A DNA stretch of 64,000 nt from assembly GCF_963676685.1 (NCBI RefSeq), contig NC_092353.1, forward strand, positions 59,024,001-59,088,000. Direction: 5' to 3'. Below are positions 1 to 15,300 of the stretch, in pieces (within the stretch, counting starts at the first letter, position 1; the number at the start of each line of letters is the position of its first letter). The position numbers and the translations under genes were made by a program. Origin of the DNA: Mytilus edulis. Taxonomy: Eukaryota. The notes below the pieces were generated by a model, which saw only the letters and a list, made by a program, of their open reading frames with translations, was not told where the DNA came from and made no database searches.

Positions 1-178
1 CACCAGCTTCGTTTTTTTACCAACCTGAATGCTCGATAAATCTATACTCCTTGTACCTTTTATAACAGAACTAACAAAATTGATAAAGGAAATCAAATAT
101 TTCGCTTGATTGGTTTTTTTTCAAAAGTAACGAATCTTGTTATGATTCATTCATCCTACTTTAATAGTAAACACCTAC

Positions 179-307
179 ATGCGTTGCAAGTATTATAATC
201 TGCTTTGTAGTAATGATTTGTTTCACATTCACATAAACCAGATTCACAACTGAGGGGAGAGTAACAACTAGTTACGACTGCCGAACAAGGTTCTTTGTAG
301 CTTCCAA
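179..307 (-). CDS. EB/EGF-like exon 13 (FGSYKEPCSAVVTSCYSPLSCESGLCECETNHYYKADYNTCNA)
   Basis: 129 nt, cag acceptor, GTAGGT donor. Confidence 0.9.
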
Positions 308-3300
308 CTGTAAGAAAAAAACAGTTATGATTAAATATTTTGATGTTTATATTTAGTTTTAAATAATAAAGAAAATTTGTCAATAACATGAGAACCTTTT
401 CACTGGTGCCAAATTGAAAAGCATTGAATAAATCACACTATTATTTTATTTATCATTATCACTTTAACTGTTAAGTCAGTTTTTGTTATATCTATTTTGC
501 GTGATTGTATTTATGCATCCCGTCATACTTTGAATGACAAAATTATTTCATGTCTACTTGTGCGAATTTCAAACGCGCAATTTTACACCAGTACTGAAAA
601 CCCTCCTTCCTTGATGGGTGCATTTTACATAGACAAATAAAATCGTATAATATGATCAAAATGAGGATGTAAATTTGATGTATGCCTTTTTGTGCTTCTT
701 CGTTGCATTTGCTGTTTTTATAGTGATTAAGATGATAACATAATGTTGACTGCTGTACCCCTATTTTTGACATTTTTACCTATTGTGTCTGTTTGTTTTG
801 ATCACGCATCCGTGACAATATAATGGAATTTGGTGTCATATAAGTGAGAGGTTTAGCTAGCTATAAAACCAGGTTCAATACACCATTTTCTACATTTGAA
901 AATGCCTGTACCAAGTCAGGAATATGACAGATCTTGTCCATTCGTTTTTGATGCATTTTGTTATTTGATTTTGCCATGTGATTATGGACTTTCCGAATTG
1001 ATTTTTCTCTGAGTTCAGTATTTTTGTGATTTTACTTTTCACTGCAACGAAATTAACCAACGAACCCTAAATTACTTGATATTGGTGAAACCTTGCATAA
1101 ATTTAAAATTGTATTAAAAAAAGAATGCGTCCATAGTACAGGGATGCCCCAATCGCACTTTTCTTTTATGTTCAGTGGACCGTGGAATTGGGATCAACAC
1201 TCTTAAATAAGAAAGATCATATCATAAGGAACATGAATACTAAGTTTCAAGTTGATAGGGCTTCAACTTCATCAAACACTTCCTTGACCAAAAATTTAAC
1301 CTGAGGCGGGACAGAAGGACGGACGAACGGGCGAACAGACGAACGAACAGAAAACATAATGCCCATAAATGGGGTATAAAATGGGGCATAATAAAAACAT
1401 GTTAAGATGGTTTTAACGATGTAATTTCTATTAATGAAATTAAATTGTGTATCCCATGTAACCAATCAATATGCATAATATTTTCCTGTGCTATGTATAT
1501 GCTGTGATACAGTATGCACTTTTGTTTTCTGAATATATTCAAATTAAAAAAATAAGTGCAGACTAAAAACCTGAAATTATACGCAATGTAATACTAGGCT
1601 TTCTATTTCTCGTATGGAAAATAGGTACTTTGTGTCATACACTTTTATAAAAGCGCAAACATGTTATGACTACAATTTACAACATCCATCTGTTGAAGTC
1701 AGAAGTCATACGAAATAGTGTGAAACAAAATGGACGAAATACTAATAGATGAATGTTATATAGCCCCCTCTGCTATACTTGTTTTGTAAAACACTTAACT
1801 AAACTTAGTAAAAGATTTTCTTTTAATGCCTTTGTGAATCACAAATAATACGATTTGCAATGTCTGTTTTTAAAACGAAGAAGGAATGATAATGACGTTT
1901 TTTAACCGTTATGTCAAAACGCATTAAGTGTTATCAATTTATTAATTTATATTTTACCGATGTTCATAAGATTTGCCAGTAGCAGTAATGATATGTTTCA
2001 ATAAGATGAACAACTAAAAATCTCATTAGTATTCCAGGATAGTGTGACGAAAATACGTGTTTGACCCATATAGATGAACAGATGGACACTGTAAATGCAG
2101 TATGGCCACAATCGTAGTGTAGTATTATTATACCTTCAACAAAACTTTCTTAAACAATTCAATGAAAAGCCATATTACTTCAATACATGTAAATTTACAA
2201 ATGTTTTTTCTATTTAGAAAAGGAGCAACATTTTGTTATACATCTAGATCAAAGCAATAAAGCATTACCAATCTGTTTAAATCAGTTTCGTGATATAAAA
2301 AGTGTATTAAACTGCCTGATAAAAGTTATGATGCATAAAAACTAAACCATAGATAGTCTGAAAATAGTATAATGTATGTCGCCTTTTGAAGTAAGGCAAT
2401 TAAATATACAATGCTACAAGATGGTTGAATTTCGAGTTAAATTTAGTATGCGAGTTAAAATAAAATTTAATTTGTTGCTCAATTTAATGTCAATAAGACC
2501 AAAATATTCAATGCATTCTAGGCCAACAATTCGAAATATTATATACGACTAAGACCACATGTGTAATATTTTTATATATACCTGAAAAATTTATATAACT
2601 TTGCCCTTGTATAGCTTTTTAACAGCATTAACATAATTGTTTAAGGAATTGACTCTTTTCGATAAATTAATTTGTTTGCCTTAATAAGGAATACTATCTA
2701 TACTCCATTCGTTTAACTTCAATAATAAATACTTACACGTGTTACATGTATTATCATCCGAGTTGTAGAAATAATTTGGTTCACATTCACATAAACCAGA
2801 TTTACAACTAAGAGGAGTGAAGCAACTGCTAACTGCTGTCGAACAAGTTTCTTTGTATCTTCCAACTGTAAGAAAAAAACAATGATGGTTAAATTTTGTG
2901 GTATTTCATTTAGTTTTTGATAACTGTGTCAAATATATAAAAACATATTGACTTTTGGCAATATTGATAATATCCTCAAAAAGTACTTTTACAGAATGAA
3001 CAAATCAACCCTCAATTACTTGATATCAATTTGAATCTTGCATGGGTGGAATTTTGTAGAAAACAATTTCTGATGGTTTTAAGTAAGCTGTAAGTTATAA
3101 CATGTTAAATGAGTTGTGATTGCGTATTATGTTTATATATTGAAAATGCATGATAGTTTTCCGAGGTAAGAGTATGCAGTGATACAGCGTTCACTTTTTT
3201 GAGGTGAAGATTAAAAAACATAATAGCAGACAAATGACCTAATGTTGCACGCTTTGTCATTCTAATCTTTAATCATAGAAAAACATCAACAGTTAGAAAA

Positions 3301-6300
3301 AGGGGACACTTTTTACAATTCCTCACTACATAGTATGACTAACAATTTGGAACATCATTAGTGGTACTGTTGAGTGTGGAGAAATAAGTTGTTTGCCATA
3401 ATGAACAAAACAGGTCACTGAAATTTAGCTTTCTCGTCTATAGTTAAATGTAAATTTCTTACAAGTTAAAAGCAAAACGTTATAAGTTCCATGCCTCCTA
3501 CAAATGTATTCTTAAGCGCTTTATTGGATTTACTTTCATCAGGAACGCTCAAAACCAAGGATGTATATAAACATGAACATTTGAGGAGCTAAATAAACAA
3601 CAGTTTGTAATGAAAGACTTGAACAGAACACCAAAGCGAATCAAAACAAGCAGGAATACTAATGAAACTTTTAACCATTATCTGAAAAAGCAATACTAAA
3701 GTATTAGTTTTTCGTCAAATTATATTTTTTTTCGGTGTTAACATGATCAAAATTTGTTAGATATCAGTAATGATATGTTTCAATAATTCAATTTTGGATG
3801 TATCACGTCTTCAGAGTGGCTTATAGTGTTTTGACTATCAGCACATAGACATAGTTATGACAAATGACCGTGTCGTCATATATTTGTGTTCAAATTTTTG
3901 TTAAAAAATGAAATTTAAAATCATATTAAATGGAATGACATATATTGTTGTCTATCCGAAATAACATTTGAAAAAACTTAATTAGTGTGCACCATATTTT
4001 TAATGTTATTTCTTCATATACGGAAATAAAATAGTGAAAGTCATATTCAATTTACTATACAGACTAATGAGAAGCTCATTATGTTCACAAAAAATGGGAA
4101 TAAAATAAGTGTTTACCTGTATAAACGAACCAACGAACTAGGCAAATGCAGTTTAGTCCCAATCCTAGAGTAGCAGTAAGGTACACTATAATCTATTTAA
4201 CTGATGGAATAATAATAAATACCTACAAGCATTGCAGGTATTATGATCTGTCTTGTAGTAATGATTTGTGTGACATTCACATAAACCAGATTCACAACTA
4301 AGAGGAGAGTAACAACTCGTTACGGCTGTTGCACAAGGTTCTTTGTATCTATTAACTGTAAGAAAAAAAGCAATCATGATTTGGATGGTTGATGTTTCAT
4401 CTGCTCTCGGATATTTAACGATCTTTATCATTAAGATAAGAATATTTTCATCATTGCAAAATATTGGAAGTCTCTAAATAAAAATCTGTTACAAAATGAA
4501 AGAAAGAAAAATTTTCTAAAAACTATATAAACAAAGAAGTATGCGTAAGACAGCTCAAAAAAGCGTATACATGTTTAAACTCGTCATCATATAACCAATA
4601 TAAAGCTTGTAAATTTACAAATATCTAATTGTTCAAAGAGACAAGCATGGTAATGACATTTGTTTTAACAATAACCTCAAAACGTATTTATTATTACCAA
4701 CTTTTTATCAACAAATAGTTTCAGGAATGTTCGCACGATTTAAATATGTCAGTTAATAGTAATAGTATGTTTAATCATACCATACAGACCAAATATTTAG
4801 CTTAAAAGATTTACAGGAAAATGTGCCTAAAAAAAAACATATGATGATATAGATGAACGGTAGTACTTTGGTGCAATAAACTAGTCTTACTTATACATTG
4901 AAATACTAGTATAAAGCCATATCAAATCAAAACATGAAATTGTACAATGTCTGGTACAACAAACAGGAAGTTTTGCTAGATAATGAATAATGTCGACATG
5001 CTTCAATATTCAAACCTCAATAATAAACACCTACAAGCGTTGCAGGTATTATCATCTGCCTTGTAGTAATGATGTGTTTCACATTCACATAAACCAGTTT
5101 CACATGTAAGGGGGGAGTAACAACTGGTTACTGCTGTCGAACAAGGTTCTGTGTATCTTCCAACTGTAAAATAGGAATCATGATTAATTATTGGATTTAC
5201 AATTTAGTTTTTAGACAATTTACAACCTATGTCGATTCGATTAAAACAGTTTCAGTATTTCTAGAATTCATAATCCCTGAATAAATCATTCTTACAAAAT
5301 AAATAAAAGTACCTTCAGTTACCTTAACATTTTTTTAAACATTGCATTGCGACAAATCTTGAAGGAAAAAGCATATCATCCTTTAGATAAGCTCTTATAT
5401 ATATATTAGAAATAACATTATTAAATGTATAAATTGACAGCAATAATATGCTTCAGACTATTAAAGACTTTTTTACGCTACATGTAAGATAACTTTTTGC
5501 AATTAAAACAAACGATAGAACGTCTGCAAATGTTTTATCTTGTAGCTTTGAAATAAAGTTCCTGTACGAACGACAATAAAAAATCAAATCAAAACTACAG
5601 CATGTTCAAATTTGATGGGAGAAATTTCAGTAAAATATATTGTAACACTGTTGATGAAATATATCTTCAAAGTTAATAAAACAAAAGGCATATTAGATCA
5701 GCAATGCCAAAACAAAGAATTACAACACAGACTTCTTCTAACTAACTATACTAGTTGTTACAAACTATACCCGATGTGTAGTTTTCTGTAGGAGAATAAA
5801 CATATTTTCAAATTAAGGAAGTGAGAAATTTCGCTTGTTTTGCTCTTTTGCGTACATAATGAATTTTGCTGAATTTAATTCTTTTAATTTTTTATAATAG
5901 AACACTTACATGGTTTGCAGGTATTGTCATCTGCATTGTAGTAATAATTTGTTTCACATTCACATAAACCAGAAGCACATACAAGGGGAGAGTAGCAACT
6001 GGTTACTGTTGCAGAACAAGGTTCTTTGTAACTTCCAACTGTAAGAAAAAACAATCATTATTCAATTGTTTGATGTTAAATTTAGTTTTTGGTAATTCAA
6101 AATCTTTGTCAATTAAATATACCATTTAAGCCGTTGTCAAACTCGATAACCCCCAATCAATCACTCTAAAAAGAACATTTAAAATCTTGTATTTTGGAAA
6201 TAATTTCAACCCTTAATGATAAAATTTTGTAGCATTTAAAACAGTTTTAACAATTTTTATTGCGTATCATTATTTTACCAAACATGAAAGTTTCCTGTGC

Positions 6301-9300
6301 TATGTTCAGACAATTTTACAGTTGATGATATTGTTTTTCTTAAGATATAAAAGGAAGATAAGAGCAGGACAAAACATTTAATGTCCATGAGATGTCTTCT
6401 AAGTATACTGTTACGAGTACTCAAGTGAACCAATAGTAGTTATTTGTAGGACTTAAATGCGCACATATATTTACTGTATATTCAATGAGCTGACTAATAT
6501 TACGTCCAATGATTGTACGGGAAAGTCTGTTTGAAATATGTGTAGGCTAAAATTGATGTAAAATGTGAATACAATAAACATGATAAAGTCTAGCCCTATA
6601 CATGTATGTCTTACAGGTTCATCTTTTTAAGAATGAATATATTTTCGTGAGAAATTCTAAAATGTAAAAATTGAAATGGGGAATGTGACAAAAACAACAT
6701 GACCATAGGGCAGACAACAGCCGAAGGCCACCAATGGGTCTTCCATGTAGCGAGAAACTCCCGCACCCGTAGGCGTCGTTCAACTTGTCCCTTAAAATAT
6801 ATTAGCTTGCTGAATGTTTGCTTGCTTTTTTTAAGACATGATGAATTATGTAACACTTCATTCTTTCCAATTAAATATTATCACTTACATGGGTTACAGG
6901 TATTATAATCTGCGTTGTAGTAGTGATTTGTTCCACATCGACATAAACCAGATGCACAACTAAGGGGGGAGAAACAACTGCTTACTGCTGTCGAACAAGT
7001 TTCTTCGTATCTTCCAACTGTGAAAAAAAGCATTCATGAAATAAATGTTTATCATATTTGATGATGAATTAAGTTTGAATAATTTAAAATCTTTTTCAAT
7101 TAGATTAAAATATATTTACGTTTCCAAAAAGGGTATTTCCTCAATTATTCACTCTAACAATTTGAATAAAAAAAACAAGTAACTTGATATTTACTTGAAA
7201 CTTTTATTTCTAGAAAAAAAAAACTTATATGACAATCTTGATATAGATAAGCTCTTATGCATTTTAATAGCGTTTCCCTATTTTACCTCACCATATGCAT
7301 GATAGTTCCACGTGCTATATGTATGCAGTGTAACAGTTCGCACTATTGTTTTCTCTTATTTAGAAAAAAACATAAGTACAGACTAAAATAAGAACTTGCA
7401 CGCTTTGTCTGTTTATCAATCTATTATTTCATAGATAAAATAGGAAACCGCTCTTCTTTTACCATTTATTACTATACAAACACAATTATGCTGATCAATA
7501 GATATTTCCGAAAAGTCTCTGTACCGACTGGTGAAACCGAATTAAATAAATGTGAACTTACGGCTCATTTGTTCCATAAGGCATTTTTGTAAAAAAAAAA
7601 GGCTATTGCTCCGCCGATAATAAGCTTCAAGATTTCAATACAGATTTTTTAACAGCACAATTTAATCTGATGTATTTTCAACCTCAAATATGTACTTTTG
7701 AAAGTTTTCCTACACCTTGGTCGTCAGTGTACAATACAATAACAATAACATATGTGATAGAGACGTTTATAGTTCCACAGATATAAAAACATGTGTTACG
7801 TTGAGTAAAATTGGGAGTGGGAAAAGCAGTATGAGTGATGATTAAATTTACATACAAATTTTTTCCAACAAATTAGTTTAAGAGGTCGGGTGGCCATTCT
7901 GACAACATTAGACAAAAGGACGCACTTCGGGAAAGTGGCAACCTAGAGGAGCTTCTATAAACAAAAATTGAATGTTTCCAAAAAATATGTCAACCAATTT
8001 TAAACCTTCATTTCAATCCTGGTATCTATGATGAGTTAATTTAGTAGTTTTAACTAATCGATGCTAAAAGGCTGTGATTGCTTTTTAAAAAATTAGATAA
8101 GGCTACCAGATAATTTCTTTTGTAAAAAAAACGAAAGAGCAAGTTTTTGTACTTCACTTAAAAAAAAGAGGAAATTCAAAAAATGAAAAAAGGTACTAGG
8201 TTTAACCATTGTTACAGGATAGACAATAACAGTATAGACAAATGTCTATTTGTATGACACTTTTTATAATAAGTATAAAATTGTCCTCCTGTATTCATGT
8301 CATTAATTTGTTGGCAACAGCATAAACAGACATGAAAAAAGCGTACGTTCAAGGTTTTTCTTTTTTTTCTTTACAATGGCAATAGCTCAAAGAAACATTG
8401 ACCTAAATGAGCTAAGAAAATTTGACAAAACTTGTATAACTATATATAAAAAAGTAAAATCACAAAATAGTAAACTCTGAGAAAAAAATTTAAAACAGAA
8501 ATTCTCTAATCTAATGGCAAAATTAAAATCTCAAACGCATCAAACGAATGGATATCAACTGTTATATTTCTGATTTTATACAGGCATTTTCTTATGTAGA
8601 AAATGGTGGATTCAACCTGTTTTATAGCTTTATAGCTATTCCAGAAAAAAATGTATGGGGGGGGGGGGGGTTAGAAGGCAGTTTTTGTCAGCACCCGCCA
8701 CCCAGACAATTGTAATTGAGAATTATAGTGCATTATAGTGTGAAAAGTTGCTCTGATAGCCATCACCCATGTATTATTAATATAATGTGCCTTCCAACAC
8801 CCCCCCCCCCCTCCCCCCATACATTTTTTTCTGGAATAGCCCTCAATCATAAATCGCTAATGTTTAGCTCAAAAGTGGTAGGAAAAAGTAAATTGTTTAC
8901 CTAAATTGACGATACAGGTGAAGGCAATATAACATCGTCCTAAAGGTTTATAAATATAATTAACGTATTTCGAATAAATGATGTTATTGTCATATTTTAT
9001 CCTTCCAACTTTAGTAATAAACACCTACATGGGTTGCAGGTATTGTGATCTGCATTGTAGTAATGGTTTGTTTCACATTCACATAAACCAGAGGCACACA
9101 TGAGGGGAGAGTAACAACTGGTTGCTGCTGTCGAACAAGATTCTTTATATCTTCCAACTGTAAGAAAAGGCAATCATGATTTAATTGATTAAAGTTGCAT
9201 TTAAATTTACATAATTGAAAATTTTCGAAAATTAAATTTGAAAACTTTCACAATTACTCAAACTGATAATCACTCATTGATTGAACAATGCAAAACAACT

Positions 9301-12300
9301 AGAAGAAAAAGCATTCAACGACTGTCTTTATACCGGAGACTATATAAATTTTAATTGCTTATCCCTATTTTAACACACAATATACATGAAAGTTTCCTGT
9401 GCTTAATATAGACACTTATACAGCAGTCATTTTACTGTTCATCAGACATTTGGCAAAGACCAATTGAAAATAGTTTAATTAAGTCAAGAGATATGTATTA
9501 CTGGAGCAAATGACTAGTAATTTTATCTTTTTTTTTTGGCAAAATTACACATTTAAATATCTTTTAAAAAAGAATATGGTCTATCTTTAAAACAATCCTT
9601 CACTGGACATACATGTTATTATATATATTGTCCAGTAGTTTTCTCAAAGTCTTGTACAACTGATACAGTTTGCACTGTTATTTCATAACATAATTACAAA
9701 CTAAAAACCTGAAATTATACACGTTGTTTTCTAAGCATAATATTACTCAAAGATGAAATATAAAAACAAGTTGTAAGATGGTAAAAAGGCGAACATAAAC
9801 TTATGTTACAAAATCAAATTCATACTGAAAAGTTTGACGACAATATGTGTGGGCCAAAATGAACGAAAAATATGAATGCAATATAATCCTATCCTACACC
9901 TTATTTCAGCAGAATTAATATAATTTAAAAGGAATTTTGAATTTTCAATACATTTCCATTTTTGATTTATTATGAATTTGGTCATATTTTATTCTTTTAA
10001 CTTTGATAATAAACACCTACGTTTGTTGCATGAATTGTCAGCTGCGTTGTAGTAATGTTCTGTTTCACATTTACAAACACCAGAGGCACACATAAGGGGA
10101 GAGTAACAACTGGTTACTGATGTCGAACAAGGTTCATTGTATCTGCCAACTGTAAAAAATAAACGCATTCATGAATTAATTCTTTCATGTTGCATTACGT
10201 TTTAAGATTATTTAAAGTCTTTATTTGTTATATTATATCATATAAACCATTTCAAAATGGATATAAAATCACTTTTTTTTATCACTCTTACAACATGAAT
10301 AAAAGAAATTCCAGTTTCTTGATAATCACTTGAACCTTGCATTTCAAAAACAAATTGTAGTAAAACATAATGTGATGGTCTGAATGGAGAAAATATTTTT
10401 TTATTGAGTGTCCATATTTTACCACACAATCAATATGCATTACAGTCCCAGGTGCTATGTGTTGGCAGTGATATTTTTCATTTTGAAAAAATGTTTTGTT
10501 ATAAATAGGTTGCTAATATTTTCAATTTAATTGTTTTTCATGTTGTGGTCTTAAACAGCCGACTTTACCGTATTGGTTTTTCTCATTATTAAAGGCTGTT
10601 CAGTTGATTTTTACCGCTTATATCCATGGTTATTTTCAACTTTGGTGGATGTTTGTCTCATTTGCTAGCATACTACATATTTTTATTTTTATGAACAGTT
10701 TACACTATTGTGTTTTTTTAATAACCAAAGAAGCAGAAGTGCAGATCAAAAACGTAAAATTGCGCGTTGCCTTCTTCTCATATTATTATTCCTAGGTGAA
10801 TAAAAGAATTTGGTGGAAGATATTAAGTAAAGGCGCATATGTTCAACTCATCAATATATAGTCAAACCACTAAACAATAGGAAGTACATTAGTTGTATTG
10901 AAAAGTCTGGCAGCAACATTTGTATGCTGAAATTTAAAACAAGAATGTGTCCCCAGTACACGGATGCCCCACTCGCACTATTATTTTCTATGTTCAGTGG
11001 ACATTGAAATTTGGGTCAAAACTCTTATTTGGCATTAAAATTAGAAAGATCATATCATAAGGAACATGTGTACTAAGTTTCAAGTTGATTGGACTTCAAC
11101 TTCATCGAAAAACTACCTTTACAAAAAACTTTAATCTGAAGCGGGACGAACGGACGAAGGGACGGACGAACGAACAGATAGACAGACAGACGAACGGACA
11201 TATAGACCAGAAAACATAATGCCCCTCTACTATCGTAGGTGTGGCATAAAAATATGAATGCAATTTATCAGTTTATAGCATCGTCCTATAGGGTTTTTTT
11301 CAACTGAATTATCCCTAGAGAATTGAAAGTTTTTGCCCGATTCGACTTTTTGAATAAATTAGGAATTTTTTCATACTAAATTCCTTAAACTTTAATAATA
11401 AAACACCTACATGCATTGCAGGTATTGTCTTCTGCAATGTAGTAATTATTTGTTTCACATTCACATAAACCAGAAGCACATACAAGGGGAGAGTAGCAAC
11501 TGGTTACGGCTGTCGAACAAGGTTCTGTGTATCTTCCAACTGTAAAAAAAGGCAATCAAGATTTAATCATTTGAACTTGCATTAATTTATCAAAAATTTA
11601 TATTATCAATAAAATGAGATTATCTTTAACATTTTGTTAATTCCTCACTACAATTTTCTTACACCTTATTCTTACAAAATGAATCACCTTATTATTTACC
11701 TAAACCTAGCATTGCTAACAATCTTTTTGAATCACATGTTACATGTATGAGGGTCTTTGTGAGGGTCATGAGTTGTTATGAATTTCAATTGCATATCTCC
11801 ATTTTAACCCCAACACTTTCTGTTTAAGAACTTGTAAACGGTAGCGATATCCACCCTCTTCGTATCATTTGATTTGTTTTACTGTCCCATACAAGAATAT
11901 TTATGGTTTCGAGGTGGGAATCTCGACCGTTTACAAGTTTTTAGAAAGAAAGAGGTGTGATATATTTCAATCTATTTGTTTTATTGTTCCATACAAGAAT
12001 ATACAATGATATATATGGATAGAGGTTATATTTTGTAAACCCCTCACCTATTAAGCCCCTATAAATACCCACAAAATGCAAAAACGAAACATTGTTAGTC
12101 CAAGAAATAGAAGAAGAAGAATAATAATAAGAATGAAAAATGAAAACAATAAATTTCCCAACTTTGTTTATGAGACTTAGTTACATCACATCTTATACAC
12201 TTAATACCTCATGTTGTTTTTGGTTGTGGTGGAATTACAATTCAATACTTACTTGCTTTACAAATGGTATCTACTGGGTCACGATACTGCGTTTCGGGAT

Positions 12301-15300
12301 CTTCACAATCTAAAAACACAAATCAAATTATTGAATGAGGGCTTATATTGTTGATACATTATTATTAGTTGAATAACAATTTTCGTGATTTTTTTTAGGA
12401 TACAGGTGAACCCCGAATTAAACTTTCAACGAGTAACAAATTGTTGGCAATAACAAGAAAATTGAATAACCACGAACATGTTAGTTTTCTTTAATTCTTG
12501 AAAATTGATATCCTAAAAAATAAAAGAAACCACAGTATGTTGAGCATGTCTCTTAAAACTTTTTTCATGATTAAAAATGGTTTATGTTTATCTGAATCCA
12601 ATGCTTATGGTAAATAATCGTTTGGTGTATTTGAGCTTTTGATTGCCATTTAAATAGGGACTTTCCGTTTGTAATTTTTAACCAATTGAACATTTTTTCC
12701 GTTTTTTTTTTCACAATATGACTTCGAGCTGATGTTGACAGGAAGGGGATTTCGACCTATCTGCCTTAAACTAAAGGACAATAAACACAAAGAATTTAGC
12801 GTATATTTATTAAAATAAATATTACTGAGTTTAAACAAAATTAGTTTATGAAATAATTGTACTATTCTAAATAAAGGCAACAGTAGTATGCCGCTGTTCA
12901 AACTCATACATCCATGGACAAAAAACAAAATCGGGGTAACAAACTAAAACTGACGGAAATGCACCAAACATAAGAGGAGAACAACGACACAACACTACAA
13001 TGTAACACACACAGAAACGGACCAAGCATCAGACAAAAGAAAGATTATTTTTGCATGTGTTTTCTAATTTGACTGTGACGAAGTAAATGAAGATTTTGTA
13101 ACTGCTGCCGCACAGGTTTTTTATAACTTGAAATCTATAAGTAGATTTACTTTCTTAGAGTGAGTCTGATAATATGTATAACTTTAATTGAAATTATTGA
13201 CGTTTCCACTTGCAATACAAGCACCACCGTAAGGCGAATCATTCAAAATGTCATGAAACAGTCGAAGGGGCAGTTCGGTAAATGTACTGATTTAACGAAA
13301 ATTCTAAAGAATAAAGATGCAAAACAAATATGTTTTGTGTTGTTAGAAATATTTGTTCGTTAAATACTTCATTGTAGTGACCTAAATACAAATTTAAAGT
13401 ATCAATTTCTGTCGTTATTCCTCCTCTTTACCGAATAAGAGGATATTTTGCTTTATAGCCACATGTGTGTAGATGGAATAAATTCAATTGAAATAATTCT
13501 GATACATAAAAGGTTCTTCAGTGTTTGCTTTTGGAGTCATGTGTTAATGCTATTGGTTTCCAATGGACAAATCAGTTATATTATGTCAATTATTTTTATT
13601 TTGAAAAAAAAACCAACATTGTAGCAATTTTAAAAATAATGAAAACATTGAAATTTGTCTGAAGTCATAGTTACTTAATTTCGTCAAAAGAAGAATGGTT
13701 TTCTGAAATATTTTTTTTTCAAACTATTTATATTTACTTCACAAAATGTAACAAAAATGTGTGTTTGCTAATCGTAAAAAGATAATATTAAAGAATTTAA
13801 TAAACAAACTCTTCTAACAAAGCTACGTTAATTGAAATGAATAAATTATACAATCCCTTTCATTGAATTACAAATCTAATTTGACTTTGTCCCAACTCAT
13901 TTGCGATACGTTTCACTGTGATAGATTTTGAGATACCAGAATAGGTGTCTGATCTATACACACATTGATTATGTTCCCTTCTCGATTGTGCCATATTGAC
14001 TTTGTATGTATTTCCATATCGGCTGATGCAACACAGAAGGAGACGCTTACCATATCATTGCACCTTGTTTCGCTCTTCTTTGAGTTTGCGTGATTCCTTT
14101 CCATTTTAGTTTTACATTCTAATTCACCATCGTTTGTTCAGGGTTTTTTTAATGGATAACGTCACCATTTTTCATGGATAACGTCTTCATTAAGAATGTA
14201 CGCGCACGAGCAGATAACGTATGACAGATTTTTTATATAGGATTTGACGTTTTTTTTCTGTCAGTTTTGTTTTAATGGAGATAACAATATTATCAATTGA
14301 TGCCGTCGGATCTTAAACATGTTAAAATACAATGTTGTTATCTCCTAATTCGTTTCTTTTGGGTTTATTTAGTAGGTTTTAACATAGAAAAACTACTGTG
14401 ATTAAACATCTTTACATACCACAGAAGGGAATATTACAATAATTCCATTCGTCATCAGGGTCCGTGGTATAACACCAGGGTGAGGATTCACCGTCTGGAT
14501 TACGACAATAGTTATGTTTAAATGCTGATACGAACGTAAAGTTGTTAGGAGGATTAGGAGTTTTTTCATCCCACCTTTGACAGATCGTGTTGGTGACAGT
14601 TACGCTGATTGTTCCTCGATATTCACTACCTGCTGATGTCGTCTTACACTCACGACAAAAGGGAATATTGCAATACTCCCAACGGTCATCAGGGTCCGTT
14701 GTATAACACCAAGGCGAGGAATCACTGTCTGGATTACGACAATAGTTGTGTCTATATTTACGAACGGACGGATAGTTTTGAGGATAATGAGGAGTAGTTG
14801 AATCCCATCTCTGACAGGTCCTACCGCTGCTAGTCACACTAATTGTTCCTCGATATTCCGTTCCCTCGGCTGTTGTCTTACACTCCTCGCCTACAAAATT
14901 CCAATTGCAGAAGATGATATAACTGATGAGGATAGTTTTCTTTGCATTACAGTATATTGCTACCTTAGATTGCTATGTATTTAGTAATAAGACCTGGTGT
15001 TTTAATCGTATAGAAAAAACAACAGATAATGTGATTACCAATAAATTTAAGTCAAAATCCTTAATCACACAGGAATATTTGGTAAAATCAGAACTATGGG
15101 CTTCAATGATGTTGATACTCATAAAGCGCCATTAAAGTAAAAACAAGAAAGTAGTGGTTTTTTTTCAAAATATCTCTGTGCAGTGATATTGGATATGTTT
15201 CAATTTTTAACAAGTGACCAAATTTATTAACACTTGTTATGATTTAAAAGTAGGCAGCTATGAAAAGTATGCACAGAACTAAGATATAAAAAAGAAGATG

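Noticed and set aside
179-11539. CRISPR-like regularly spaced repeats
   Set aside because: The repeats are 129-nt coding exons separated by kb-scale introns; the context is eukaryotic and there are no cas genes.
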